Shown piece by piece: positions 18,042 through 28,470 of a DNA stretch of 45,355 nucleotides. Source of the DNA: a virus (taxonomy: Duplodnaviria; Heunggongvirae; Uroviricota; Caudoviricetes); the IMG/VR virus record IMGVR_UViG_3300028888_000058, positions 103,060 through 148,414 of that record; one strand, 5' to 3'. The notes under the pieces were generated by a model, which saw nothing but the letters and a program-made list of their open reading frames with translations, was not told where the DNA came from and made no database searches. Positions within the stretch are counted from its first letter, which is position 1, and every line of letters starts with the position of its first letter. The position numbers were made by a program, and so were the translations under genes.

Positions 18042-19052
18042 ATGAAAAACATATTAACATACATCAATGAAAAATTAAGTATGCAGTGGGGTAATGCTGC
18101 TACTGAGTTATTTAAACTTTTTGACAGAGATTGTGGCAATCAAATAAAAACTACTTTTAAAGATATATTAAATAAGAAAAATTTTACTGTTTATGCATTA
18201 GATATTGATAATGATAAGCAAAAAGTTATTGGCGAATATGAATTAATTGTAAAAGAGATAGTACAATCAGATACATCTGCAACATTTAAAATGGATGCAG
18301 CTAAAGAATATAGTAATGTACCAGAGCATATAAAAGATTATATGCCTAGTTTATTAGAAGAATGGCGTGGTTGCAGAGATTTATGGTTTAACTATAAAAA
18401 AGGAGATGCTGTTGATAATGAAGGCATATTGTATCTTACAAGTACCAGTGACTGGGGTAAAGGTTTTACAGTTATAGCATTAAGTAAGGAAAATAAAGAA
18501 ATATTTAGTAATTGGATTGAAAATTTAGATACAACAGAATTTGAAGAAATTGAAAAAGCTACATTAAAAGCTGATGAAGAAAAACGAAAAGCAGAAAAAA
18601 AGGCAGAAAAGGAAAGAAAAAGAAAATTAAAACCTAAAAAACCAGTTTATAACACAAAATCATCTTTAATAAAAATACCAAATGATTTTTACTATGATAA
18701 GGAACTTGGTGGTGATGCTTTAATTAAAGCAGCAATTAAAGAATTTAAAAATGGATGGGGTGATGAACCAATGTTTACTGTTAATCAAATAATAGATTTA
18801 TTTAAAGATATAAATGATTATAATTTTGGCATTATAGAATTAGATGGAAACTCATCAGGTCATACTGACGCAGATGAAGCTTCAGAATCCATATTTAAAA
18901 AAGGAAGTTGGTGGGATTATACACCAGAATATGAACAAGAAGGATTTGGGGATAACTCAAGATTAATGAGATTTAAATCTAAAGATGATAGAAAAATATA
19001 TGTTATAGATTCTGGAGATATGGGTTATGCATGGGTATGCGTGCAATTTTAA
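18042..19052 (+). CDS. tagged hypothetical protein flanked by direct repeats
   Basis: 336 aa; MKNILTYINE-KL; two apparent domains joined by a K/E-rich linker (KADEEKRKAEKKAEKERKRK). Confidence 0.8.
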   Translation: MKNILTYINEKLSMQWGNAATELFKLFDRDCGNQIKTTFKDILNKKNFTVYALDIDNDKQKVIGEYELIVKEIVQSDTSATFKMDAAKEYSNVPEHIKDYMPSLLEEWRGCRDLWFNYKKGDAVDNEGILYLTSTSDWGKGFTVIALSKENKEIFSNWIENLDTTEFEEIEKATLKADEEKRKAEKKAEKERKRKLKPKKPVYNTKSSLIKIPNDFYYDKELGGDALIKAAIKEFKNGWGDEPMFTVNQIIDLFKDINDYNFGIIELDGNSSGHTDADEASESIFKKGSWWDYTPEYEQEGFGDNSRLMRFKSKDDRKIYVIDSGDMGYAWVCVQF

Positions 19053-19073
19053 TAAAAATTGTTGGAGGATATA

Positions 19074-19204
19074 AATAATTAAAAGCTGTACTTATGTACA
19101 GCTTTTTGTATTTTTTATATTTTTGAACTATATTTAAATATATGTAAATTAAAAATAAAATAAATTAAGGAACTATTAAATTAGTTCCTTTTGTTTTCTA
19201 TATT
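19074..19204 (+). repeat. intergenic direct repeat copy 2
   Basis: AAAAGCTGTAC-TTAT-GTACAGCTTTT; TTGTAT-N17-TATATT (19106-19134); AAGGAACTA..TAGTTCCTT. Confidence 0.9.
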
Positions 19205-19227
19205 ATATTTAGAATATTTATATTTAT

Positions 19228-20610
19228 ATGGATAAAGTACAAAAGAGAACTATAACAAATTTTTTAAATACAGAATATCTTAATTATGCATTTTCTGTAT
19301 TGGAGGAACGTGCAATTCCTTCAGTTATTGATGGATTCAAACCTGGTGCAAGAAAGATCATGCATGCGAGTTTATCAGGTACAACAAAAGATGGTAAGTT
19401 ATATAAGTTGTTAGCATTGTCTGGAGATGCAATGCGAGTATCACTTTACGCACATGGCGACATTTCATTAAATAGCACAATCGTTAATATGTGCAAATGG
19501 TTTAATGACAATCTAAATCCATTAGAATCTGATTCTCAGGTAGGTTCATTGAGAGATCCTGATTCTGCTGGTGCTCCTCGTTATCTTTATGTGAAGCATT
19601 CAAAATATATGGACTTAATCTATAAAACTGACTATGACTTATTAGATTTTGTTTTTGAAGAAGGACAGTATGTTGAACCAATGACATATCTTCCAATCAT
19701 ACCAACAGTTCTATGTAAGAACAACATTGGTGTTGCGGTAGGTTATTCTATGCATAATCAGGCATATGATCCTATTGATATTATTGATGCATGTAAAGAA
19801 GTCGTAGAAGCTCGTGCAGATAAGAAAGACAAGATTAAGACACAGATTCGTCCATATCTTAAAGGAATCAAGAAATCAAATTGGAGATATGAAGATGGAG
19901 CTTGGTTTAATTATGGAGAATGGAAATTAAACCAAACAAAAGACTTTATGAATGTTACAGATCTTCCTGCTGATGTATCTTATGAAGATTTTGAAAAACT
20001 ATTGAATAAGTTTGAGGAAGAAGACTATATCAAAGGTTGGAAAAACAAGTCAGTAGATGGTGGAGTCAACTATGAGATAACATTTCCAAAGAAACAGTTA
20101 GCTATTGAAATGAAAAAGGATCGTTCTGGAAAACGTATAGCTAATAAGTTCAAATTGATTAAGCAACTACCTAATGATCTATTATGGTTATTGGATGAGA
20201 ATCATAAATTAAAATACTTCCAAAATAAGAATGAAGTAGTTGAGTATTTCGTAAATTATAGATTAGGAATCTATACAGAACGAAAGAAGAAGATGGTAAA
20301 GATTCTTGAGGAACGAATCAAAAAGAATGATGAGTTAGTTAAGTTTATTGAATTAGTATGCAAAGGAAAGCTTAAGATTCGTAACAGAGCTAAAGCAGAT
20401 ATTAAGGTAGATATGGATAGTTATAAACTTCCTATGGAACTTATATCTACACCAATGTCAAAAGTAACCATTGAAGAACGTGATGAACTATTGAAACAAA
20501 ATCAAGAGATGAAAGCAGAACTTGAATATATTAAGAATACAACTGAAAAACAAATGTATCTTAATGATCTGAATAATCTAAGAAAAGAAATTGAAAAGGA
20601 TTTTAAATAA
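19228..20610 (+). CDS. type IIA DNA topoisomerase breakage-reunion subunit (T4 gp52/GyrA/ParC-like)
   Basis: ERAIPSVIDGFKPGARKI, YAHGD, catalytic A(P)RY (AGAPRYL), YLPIIPTVL.NN..GVAVGY; lacks the gyrase CTD. Confidence 0.95.
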   Translation: MDKVQKRTITNFLNTEYLNYAFSVLEERAIPSVIDGFKPGARKIMHASLSGTTKDGKLYKLLALSGDAMRVSLYAHGDISLNSTIVNMCKWFNDNLNPLESDSQVGSLRDPDSAGAPRYLYVKHSKYMDLIYKTDYDLLDFVFEEGQYVEPMTYLPIIPTVLCKNNIGVAVGYSMHNQAYDPIDIIDACKEVVEARADKKDKIKTQIRPYLKGIKKSNWRYEDGAWFNYGEWKLNQTKDFMNVTDLPADVSYEDFEKLLNKFEEEDYIKGWKNKSVDGGVNYEITFPKKQLAIEMKKDRSGKRIANKFKLIKQLPNDLLWLLDENHKLKYFQNKNEVVEYFVNYRLGIYTERKKKMVKILEERIKKNDELVKFIELVCKGKLKIRNRAKADIKVDMDSYKLPMELISTPMSKVTIEERDELLKQNQEMKAELEYIKNTTEKQMYLNDLNNLRKEIEKDFK

Positions 20611-20629
20611 TTTCTTTTATCATATATTT

Positions 20630-20662
20630 AAAAAGAAGTACACATATGTGTACTTCTTTTTT
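20630..20662. terminator. perfect 32-bp palindrome, likely intrinsic terminator
   Basis: AAAAAGAAGTACACAT|ATGTGTACTTCTTTTT at 20630-20661. Confidence 0.75.
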
Positions 20663-20708
20663 GTTATTATTAAATATATGCTAATAAAAATAATATAATG
20701 ATTTAATA

Positions 20709-21092
20709 ATGAAACAAGTATTATTACATGAATACAAATACAAAAAACGTATTGCAGATAATCTTCAAGATATGATTAATAAAAGATATATTGAAATATC
20801 TGATGAAGAATATGATAGAATTAATACAGCTGTATTAAACTATAGTAACGCAGTACAAGAGATATATAATAATTTACAAGATGTATCATTTACAGAACCA
20901 CAGAAGAATCAATTATTATATCAGTTAGATCAATTAGAAGCAGACATTAAAGCTCTTAGACAAAATATATATTATGTTGAAGAAGATGGATTATTCTTTA
21001 CTGATGATGAGGGTAATGTTGCTGCTAAATTAGATCCAAACGGTTTCCATACTATTGGTGAAGCCCGTGACTTAACAATAACAGATTATTAA
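20709..21092 (+). CDS. hypothetical protein (possible fibre/appendage-associated)
   Basis: 127 aa; helical N-half, DGLFFTDDEGNVAAKLDPNG C-half; first gene of the LRR/GH2 operon. Confidence 0.65.
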   Translation: MKQVLLHEYKYKKRIADNLQDMINKRYIEISDEEYDRINTAVLNYSNAVQEIYNNLQDVSFTEPQKNQLLYQLDQLEADIKALRQNIYYVEEDGLFFTDDEGNVAAKLDPNGFHTIGEARDLTITDY

Positions 21093-21135
21093 TATTAACC
21101 ATATTAAATAAATTAAATATAAGATAATTAAATAT

Positions 21136-24100
21136 ATGGGAAAATCATTACTTATTTCTGCCAATGCTGCATATGTATTTAATAATATAGGTAAAGTAAC
21201 TTTTAATGATCCATCTTTAATATATAATGGTTTAACTATAACTGCTCAAGAAGATTTAACACTTAGATTTTCAAATGATCTTGAGTATAGAAATAATGTA
21301 TCAATATTATGGAAACCATTAAAAGCAAATACTCCATTATCAATTGAAAATGGAGAAACTGTTACATTAAAAGGTAAGTTAATTCCAACAACTAATGGTA
21401 TAGGTACATTTACAGTATCGGGCAATTTTACAGCATCAGGTAATATATTATCATTAATTAATGATGGTACAATGCAAAATTATTCATTTAAGAATTTATT
21501 TAGAAATTGTACTACATTAACTGATGTAAGCAATATAACATTACCAGATTATGTTACACAAAACTGTTATGAAGGAATGTTTTATGGATGTACATCAATA
21601 GAGGAATCACCAACATTATCTGTACAAACATTACAAAATAATTGTTATACAGATATGTTTTATGGATGTTCTTCTCTTAGAGAAATAACATGTAAAAACA
21701 TTTCAGATATATCTCAGTATGTTAATTTAAACTGGGTTTATGGAGTTGCATCAGCTGGTGTTTTTGAAATAGATTCTGAAGGAAATTGGAATGATACAAA
21801 TAAAGCATCTCATATACCAGAAAACTGGGAAATAACAACTGGTGTTTTGACTAATAAATATTTAACATTTAGAATATTAACACCTGGTACAATATTATGG
21901 GAAAACACAACAAGTGATACTACATCAAAAACTATATCATATAGTAAAGATGATGGTGAAACTTGGACAGATATAACATCATCTTTAGAAGGTGCTGAAA
22001 TAACTGTTGTAGCTGGAGATAAAGTTTTATTTAAAGGAAACAATACAGCATACGGGTATTTTGCAAATAATACTGACAAAAGTTCTAAATTTGGTGGTAC
22101 TGCCAAATTTAATGTTGAAGGTAATATAATGTCACTTATAAGTGGTGATGATTTTGCTGAATCAACATCATTTAATAATAATGCGCAGGTTTTCCGTAAT
22201 TTATTTCAAGGAACAAATGTTGTATCTGCTAAAAAATTAGTGCTTCCTGTTTTAACTCTTACACTTTCATGTTATCAATCACTATTTAGTGATACACAAT
22301 ATCTTGACGAAGTTCCTGAGCTTCCTGCAACAACATTAGCAGAATCATGTTATAAAGCGATGTTTAAAAACGCAGTATCTATTACAAAAACACCAAATTT
22401 ATATTCGACAAGTTTGGCTAAAAATTGTTATTTTCAAATGTTTTATGGGTGTACTTCATTAACAACAGTTACAGAATTACCTTTAGCTACGATGAAAGAA
22501 GGTTGTTATCAAAGTATGTTACAAGGATGTACTTCATTAACGTCAATATCAACATTTACTATTTCATCATCAGCTGTAAGATGTTGTAGAGCTATGTTCT
22601 TAGGTTGTACATCATTAACAAATATTTCATGTTCATTGACAGCAACATCATTATCAACAGAATGTTATTATGAAATGTTTAATGGATGTATTTCTTTAAC
22701 AACCACTCCTGCATTACCAGCCACAACATTAGGAGCAGCATGTTATTATGATATGTTTAAAGGATGTACATCTATAACATCTGCTCCTGTATTGTCTGCT
22801 ACAACAGCATCATCAGAATGTTATAGAAGTATGTTTGAAGGATGTACTTCATTAGTAACTCCACCTGCATTACCTGCGACAACATTAGGAACTAATTGCT
22901 ATAGAAGTATGTTTTATGGATGTACTTCATTAACAACTGCTCCTGCATTGCCTGCAATGACATTAGCAGATAGTTGCTATTATAATATGTTTTATAATTG
23001 TACTTCATTAGCAACCGCACCTACATTGCCTGCAACATCGTTGGCAAATAGTTGTTATGCAAATATGTTTTATGGATGTACATCATTAACAACAGCTCCT
23101 GTATTACCAGCAACAACGTTGGCAAATAGTTGTTATTCATATATGTTTGGAAAATGTTCATCATTAACAACTGCACCAGATTTATTAGCAACTACTGTAT
23201 ATAATCAGTGTTATGTTGGAATGTTTAGATATTGTTCGTATTTAACTTATGTTAAATGCATGTATAATGAAGTTGACAATGGTGCAACTGATTGGATAGG
23301 TTATATGTTAAGCGATGTTGCTGCAACAGGAACATTAGTAAAAGATATAAATATTGATTGGAGTGGAGTAGTGCCAAGTGGATGGACAATAGTTGATGAA
23401 GGTGTATTAAAACCAACAATATCATTTGATGGTCAAGAAATAACATTAGATTGTCAGACATCAGGTGCGACAATATATTATCAATTAAATAATACAGGTA
23501 ATTATATTGCATACACTGGTGTAATATCAATATCAAGTGATACTGCAGTTAGAACATATGCAGAATTGAATGATGTGACTAGTCCTAAGGTTTATAGTTA
23601 TTGTGTTTATGCTCCAACATCATTATTAGATCCAACAATTGAATTTAATTATGGAACAACTATTACATTATCTTGTTTAACCCTAAATAGTACAATATAT
23701 TATAGATTAAATAATACAGGTAGTTTTATTCAATATACAGAACCGATAATAATTAATGCAACTACAACTATTGAAGCATATTCTGAATTAGATGGTACAA
23801 CAAGTAATACAGTAAGTGAAACATTTACATTCATTGATTATAGTCAACAATATTTCACAATTGAATCATTAGAAGATAATAATACAATTAATATAATTAA
23901 AACAAATAAGCCAAGTAATATAAACTTATCTTATTCAACTGATGATGGCACAACATGGACAGACTTAACAATAAGTGATACTACTAATTTTGCAACTATT
24001 AATACTGGTGATAAGATAATATTCAAAGGTAATAATTTAAGATTAGGAACTGCATGGGACACATATTATAGATTTAATGGATCTAAAACATTTAATGCAT

Positions 24101-24714
24101 ACGGTAATATAATGTCATTATTGAATGGAGATAATTTTGTAAATACTACTGAATTAAATTCAAGTACAAATAACCATTTTGTAGGATTATTCTATGGAAC
24201 GACAACATTAATTGATGCAAATAAATTATATCTTTCTGCATCAACATTATATTATAATTCTTATAATGGTATGTTCCGTGGATGTACAAATCTTAAGTCT
24301 GCCCCACAAATACAAGCAACAACTTGTGCTGAAAATGAATGTTGTTCTTCAATGTTTGAAGGATGTATTAATCTTGAAGTTGCACCAGAACTTAACTTTA
24401 CTACTTTAGCACAAAACTGTTGTAAACGTATGTTCTGTATGAGTAGAAATTCTAATATAACAACACCTAAGATGACAAAATCTCCTATATTACGTTGTGC
24501 AACTACAGCATCTGGTTGTTATGAAGAAATGTTTAGAGGTAATGGTAATTTAATTGAAGTTACATGTCTTAAGACAGATAATACTGATGCTTGTAAAAAT
24601 TGGTTAGCAAATACATCATCTACTGGTACATTTAAGAAAGCATCCGGTAAATCTTGGTCTACTGGAACTTCTGGTATACCATCTGGTTGGACTGTAGAAG
24701 ATTATACAGAATAA
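21136..24714 (+). CDS. large BspA/LRR-type repeat protein with two chitobiase/FN3-associated-like Ig domains (putative adhesin/receptor-binding)
   Basis: 1192 aa; 13 tandem 26-aa CYxxMFxGCTSLTTAPxLPATTLAxx repeats; two PTIxF...ITLxC.T...TIYY.LN.T domains; repeated SYSxDDGxTWTD...GDKVxFKGNN...GNIMSL modules. Confidence 0.75.
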   Translation: MGKSLLISANAAYVFNNIGKVTFNDPSLIYNGLTITAQEDLTLRFSNDLEYRNNVSILWKPLKANTPLSIENGETVTLKGKLIPTTNGIGTFTVSGNFTASGNILSLINDGTMQNYSFKNLFRNCTTLTDVSNITLPDYVTQNCYEGMFYGCTSIEESPTLSVQTLQNNCYTDMFYGCSSLREITCKNISDISQYVNLNWVYGVASAGVFEIDSEGNWNDTNKASHIPENWEITTGVLTNKYLTFRILTPGTILWENTTSDTTSKTISYSKDDGETWTDITSSLEGAEITVVAGDKVLFKGNNTAYGYFANNTDKSSKFGGTAKFNVEGNIMSLISGDDFAESTSFNNNAQVFRNLFQGTNVVSAKKLVLPVLTLTLSCYQSLFSDTQYLDEVPELPATTLAESCYKAMFKNAVSITKTPNLYSTSLAKNCYFQMFYGCTSLTTVTELPLATMKEGCYQSMLQGCTSLTSISTFTISSSAVRCCRAMFLGCTSLTNISCSLTATSLSTECYYEMFNGCISLTTTPALPATTLGAACYYDMFKGCTSITSAPVLSATTASSECYRSMFEGCTSLVTPPALPATTLGTNCYRSMFYGCTSLTTAPALPAMTLADSCYYNMFYNCTSLATAPTLPATSLANSCYANMFYGCTSLTTAPVLPATTLANSCYSYMFGKCSSLTTAPDLLATTVYNQCYVGMFRYCSYLTYVKCMYNEVDNGATDWIGYMLSDVAATGTLVKDINIDWSGVVPSGWTIVDEGVLKPTISFDGQEITLDCQTSGATIYYQLNNTGNYIAYTGVISISSDTAVRTYAELNDVTSPKVYSYCVYAPTSLLDPTIEFNYGTTITLSCLTLNSTIYYRLNNTGSFIQYTEPIIINATTTIEAYSELDGTTSNTVSETFTFIDYSQQYFTIESLEDNNTINIIKTNKPSNINLSYSTDDGTTWTDLTISDTTNFATINTGDKIIFKGNNLRLGTAWDTYYRFNGSKTFNAYGNIMSLLNGDNFVNTTELNSSTNNHFVGLFYGTTTLIDANKLYLSASTLYYNSYNGMFRGCTNLKSAPQIQATTCAENECCSSMFEGCINLEVAPELNFTTLAQNCCKRMFCMSRNSNITTPKMTKSPILRCATTASGCYEEMFRGNGNLIEVTCLKTDNTDACKNWLANTSSTGTFKKASGKSWSTGTSGIPSGWTVEDYTE
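22270..23260 (+). repeat. coding tandem 78-bp repeats (13 units)
   Basis: Cys-Tyr codons recur from 22270 to 23209 (939 bp = 12x78+3). Confidence 0.85.
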
Positions 24715-24753
24715 TAAATATTAATATACAAAATATTAAATAATTTATATAAA

Positions 24754-26292
24754 ATGGGAAAAATAACAAAAACTGATATATTATTTTCATCTAATTTAGG
24801 TAGTATTCATTATGAAGGATTAGATAGTATAGAAGTATTTAAGATAACTGCTTTAGAAAATTTAACATTATCATTTTCAAATAATCTTGAATATAATAAT
24901 GGTACTAATTCATATTGGAGTTTTTATGAAGCAAATACAGAAATAGAATTAAGCTCAGGTAATAGCATAGTATTCAAAGGAAGTTTGATACCATTTATGA
25001 ATAATGGTATAGGTACATTTACTGTATCTGGAGATTTTGAAGTATCTGGCAGGCTTCTTGCATTAATTAATCATAACTATATGAGACCTTATTCATTCAA
25101 GGATTTATTTAAGAATTGTACTACATTAATAGATGCAAGTAATTTGATAATGCCTAAACACACTGAAGTTGGCTGTTATGAAGGGATGTTCTATGGATGT
25201 TCTTCATTAACAGATTCCCCAATATTAAGAGCAGAAACTTTATCTGAAGACTGCTATAAAGATATGTTCTATGGATGTACTTCATTAAATCATATCATAT
25301 GTTATAATGTTTCAGATATATCAGAATATGTTAATCAAAACTGGATATCTGGTGTTGCTGGTTCTGGTACATTTGAACTCAATTATTTAGGAACATGGAA
25401 TAATACTAATAAAGCATCTCATATTCCATCTGGGTGGATTATTAATGATGAATATGGATATCCATGGGAAAATGAATATCTTCAATTTGATGTATTAACT
25501 GATGGCACAATATTATGGAAAGGTACAGGTAATAATGAAATATATAGTGTATTAACTATATCATACAGTAAAGATAATGGAACTACATGGACAGATATCA
25601 CAGCTACATCTGAAGGTACTGAAATTAATGTACTAACTGGAGATAAAGTATTAATAAAAGGTAATAATTCTCGTTATGCATGGAATAATACAAAATATTC
25701 TGCTTTTACTGGTGGTACTGCAACATATAATGCTAAAGGTAACATAATGAGTCTTATTTATGGAGATAATTTTATTGGACAAACTACATTAACGGAAGAA
25801 CATGCATTATCTCAAGTATTTAACGGATCAAATATTGTTTCTGCAGAATATTTAATATTACCAGCAACAACATTAACTACAGATTGTTATCGAGCTACAT
25901 TTGCACATAGTCATTTATTAACAAAATCTCCTAAAATATTACCTGCTACAACTTTATCAACAGAATGTTATTATTATATGTTTGATGACTGTGTTTCAAT
26001 GACAACACATCCTGAATTGCCAGCAGAAACATTAGTATATCATTGTTATCACGGTTTATTTCATGGTTGTGTTTCTCTTAATTATATTACATGTTTAGTG
26101 CAAAATATAATAAATGATAGTTTATTTGCTTTTCTTTGGGATAATACATTGGGAAGTATTAATGTAGTGTTTCCAACTGGTGTATTTATTAAACATGTTA
26201 ATGCAACATGGCCTAAAGCTGGTGGTAATAGTGCTACTGGCATACCTTCAACTTGGCTCATTAAAAATTATAAAGAATATTATGATATATAA
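24754..26292 (+). CDS. shorter paralog of 21136..24714 (BspA/LRR-type)
   Basis: Shares the N-terminal module (ITA.E.LTL.FSN.LEY...GIGTFTVSG...FK.LF.NCTTL...ASHIP..W) and one SYSKDNGTTWTD...GNIMSL module with about 3 repeats. Confidence 0.75.
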   Translation: MGKITKTDILFSSNLGSIHYEGLDSIEVFKITALENLTLSFSNNLEYNNGTNSYWSFYEANTEIELSSGNSIVFKGSLIPFMNNGIGTFTVSGDFEVSGRLLALINHNYMRPYSFKDLFKNCTTLIDASNLIMPKHTEVGCYEGMFYGCSSLTDSPILRAETLSEDCYKDMFYGCTSLNHIICYNVSDISEYVNQNWISGVAGSGTFELNYLGTWNNTNKASHIPSGWIINDEYGYPWENEYLQFDVLTDGTILWKGTGNNEIYSVLTISYSKDNGTTWTDITATSEGTEINVLTGDKVLIKGNNSRYAWNNTKYSAFTGGTATYNAKGNIMSLIYGDNFIGQTTLTEEHALSQVFNGSNIVSAEYLILPATTLTTDCYRATFAHSHLLTKSPKILPATTLSTECYYYMFDDCVSMTTHPELPAETLVYHCYHGLFHGCVSLNYITCLVQNIINDSLFAFLWDNTLGSINVVFPTGVFIKHVNATWPKAGGNSATGIPSTWLIKNYKEYYDI

Positions 26293-26337
26293 AAATATAA
26301 ATAAATGAATATATAATAAATAGATTAATTATAATAA

Positions 26338-28425
26338 ATGAAAACAATAGTTATAAATAAATCAGGTGTTCCTGCTAGTCCATTAGTCGCTGCAGAATCA
26401 ATTTATAATGTTTCACCATTATTTGCATCTTCTAAACCAGTAGGTCCATGGGTTTATGCAAAAAAGAACACTACTGATGTTAATGAAAATATAGAATTAC
26501 CATATTCTGTTAATAGAATTGATGGACATTCTGGAAACTATGCAACAGGTTATTTTACATTTACATCAACAATTACTATTCATAAGTTACAACCAACTTA
26601 TCTTTGGTTTGACCATGCAGATCATTCTGCAGAAGTATATATTGGAGAAACATTGGTAACTAAACACTGGGGTGGATATAATGCATTCTTTGTAGATATA
26701 ACTGATTATATTCAAGTTGGCACAAATAATTTAACTGTTAAAATCAAAAATAATGAAGGTAATAATCTTCCACCCGCAGCTGGTGACTTCAATCGTAATG
26801 CAACATTAGGTAAAGTTAAATTATTGACTAGCCCAGTATTGCCATCGCCTGAATATGGATATGATGGATTCCATATTACATCTACAGTAACTGATGCACA
26901 AGCAATTATGACAGTTAAAACAACAATTCCAACATATGCTGATGTTGTATTAAAAGTCAATGATGAAGAATTTAGTTATGTAGAAAGAAAATTTGGTAAA
27001 GGTGATATTACATTTACAGTTACTATAGATAACCCTCATCTTTGGAATGGTACATTAGATCCACACCTTTATGATGTGACTTTAGAATTATATTATAATG
27101 AAGAACTTAATCTTCAGTTGAAACGTCCTTATGGATTAAGATACTTTGATTATGTTTGGGATGATGCAACTATTGAAGGATATGATTCAGAACATCCATA
27201 TACAGGTTTCTTATTAAATGGCAGCCCATATTTGTTAAGAGGTGTTTGTTCTCATCATGATTTAGCAAATAAAGCTAATGCATTGACTGTAGAAGACATC
27301 AATAATGATTTTGATATCATAACTGAACTAGGTGCTAATTTCTTACGTCTTGCTCATTACCCTCATCCAAAACAAGTTTATGACTATTGTGATAGATTAG
27401 GTATTATTGTACAGACTGAAGCACAATGGGTAAACTCTTCAACATTAACAATGCCAGAAGCATATTGGACTCATCTAGGTGAAGAAATTGAAGATATGGT
27501 TAATCAACATTATAATCACCCATGTATATTATTCTGGGGTGTTGGTAATGAAATTAATACATCAGTTACAAATTCAACTGAAGGTAAAGATTTTGTTAAA
27601 TCAAAAATTGAAGGATATAGAACACAAATTAGAACATTAATGCCAGGCGCTTGGGTAGGCTATACTGTATCACATGGAACAGATAACGGATTAGGAGTAT
27701 TTAATAATCCTACTGTTGATTGGGTTGGAAACAATATATATGTAGGTTGGTACATAGATCAAAATTCAAACAATCCAACAAACCGTCTTAATACAAGAAT
27801 AAATAATAATGGTACTACACCAACTGCATATTCAGAATATGGATGCGGCGGTTCTTCAACATGTCACTCAACAAGTTATATGTCAACTACGACACGTGGA
27901 AATAACCCAAGACATGATATTGAATATATGATGTGGTTACACGAAGGACATATTGCAGCTATTAAGAATTTCCCACAATTGTTATTTACTTCTCAATGGC
28001 AATTATTTGATATTGCTGTTTCTAATAGACAAGAAGGTTATAAAGTATGTTTGGATGATGAAACTGTTACTGATAATAATGATTTGAAATTCTTAAATAA
28101 CAAAGGATTGGTTGAAAGAGATCATAAAACAAAGAAAGATACATTCTATATTTATAAAGCATGGTGGAATCCAACTCCATTTGTACATATCTGTCAAAAG
28201 AATTTTACAAAGACTTCAGATAGAGTTATCAAATGCTATACAAATTCAACAGAGCAATTCTCATTATATGTAAATCCAACTGGTGAAAATGATGTTCCTG
28301 TAGAAACACTTACACCAACTAATAATATTTTAGAATTTACTGCTGCAACATTTAGTTCAGGAGATGTAATCGTAGTAACTAATGGAACAGTTGAAGATAC
28401 TTTTGTTATAGATCCAACTGAATAA
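26338..28425 (+). CDS. glycoside hydrolase family 2 (beta-galactosidase/beta-glucuronidase-like)
   Basis: H.GGY..F..DIT, LNG.PY.LRGVCSHHD, GANFLRLAHYPH, HYNHPCILFWGVGNE (acid/base Glu), SEYG (nucleophile Glu), NNKGLV..D.KTKKD.FY.YKAWWN; no signal peptide. Confidence 0.92.
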   Translation: MKTIVINKSGVPASPLVAAESIYNVSPLFASSKPVGPWVYAKKNTTDVNENIELPYSVNRIDGHSGNYATGYFTFTSTITIHKLQPTYLWFDHADHSAEVYIGETLVTKHWGGYNAFFVDITDYIQVGTNNLTVKIKNNEGNNLPPAAGDFNRNATLGKVKLLTSPVLPSPEYGYDGFHITSTVTDAQAIMTVKTTIPTYADVVLKVNDEEFSYVERKFGKGDITFTVTIDNPHLWNGTLDPHLYDVTLELYYNEELNLQLKRPYGLRYFDYVWDDATIEGYDSEHPYTGFLLNGSPYLLRGVCSHHDLANKANALTVEDINNDFDIITELGANFLRLAHYPHPKQVYDYCDRLGIIVQTEAQWVNSSTLTMPEAYWTHLGEEIEDMVNQHYNHPCILFWGVGNEINTSVTNSTEGKDFVKSKIEGYRTQIRTLMPGAWVGYTVSHGTDNGLGVFNNPTVDWVGNNIYVGWYIDQNSNNPTNRLNTRINNNGTTPTAYSEYGCGGSSTCHSTSYMSTTTRGNNPRHDIEYMMWLHEGHIAAIKNFPQLLFTSQWQLFDIAVSNRQEGYKVCLDDETVTDNNDLKFLNNKGLVERDHKTKKDTFYIYKAWWNPTPFVHICQKNFTKTSDRVIKCYTNSTEQFSLYVNPTGENDVPVETLTPTNNILEFTAATFSSGDVIVVTNGTVEDTFVIDPTE

Positions 28426-28438
28426 AATAAAATCAAAT

Positions 28439-28470
28439 AAAAAAGGAACTCTTAATTGAGTTCCTTTTTT
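28439..28470. terminator. bidirectional intrinsic terminator between convergent operons
   Basis: AAAAAAGGAACTC-TTAATT-GAGTTCCTTTTTT. Confidence 0.85.

Noticed and set aside
17217-19052. Intron, intein or classical homing endonuclease splitting the topoisomerase
   Set aside because: Both topo subunits are complete separate ORFs. No GIY-YIG, HNH or LAGLIDADG motifs or splice structures were recognised.
22270-23260. CRISPR array or DGR variable repeat
   Set aside because: The units are in-frame 78-bp coding repeats with no unique spacers. No reverse transcriptase or adenine-specific TR/VR pair was seen.
26338-26370. GH2 N-terminus MKTIVINKS as a tag variant
   Set aside because: It shares VINK but lacks the [IL]-x-E10 site, so it was not counted among the tagged proteins.
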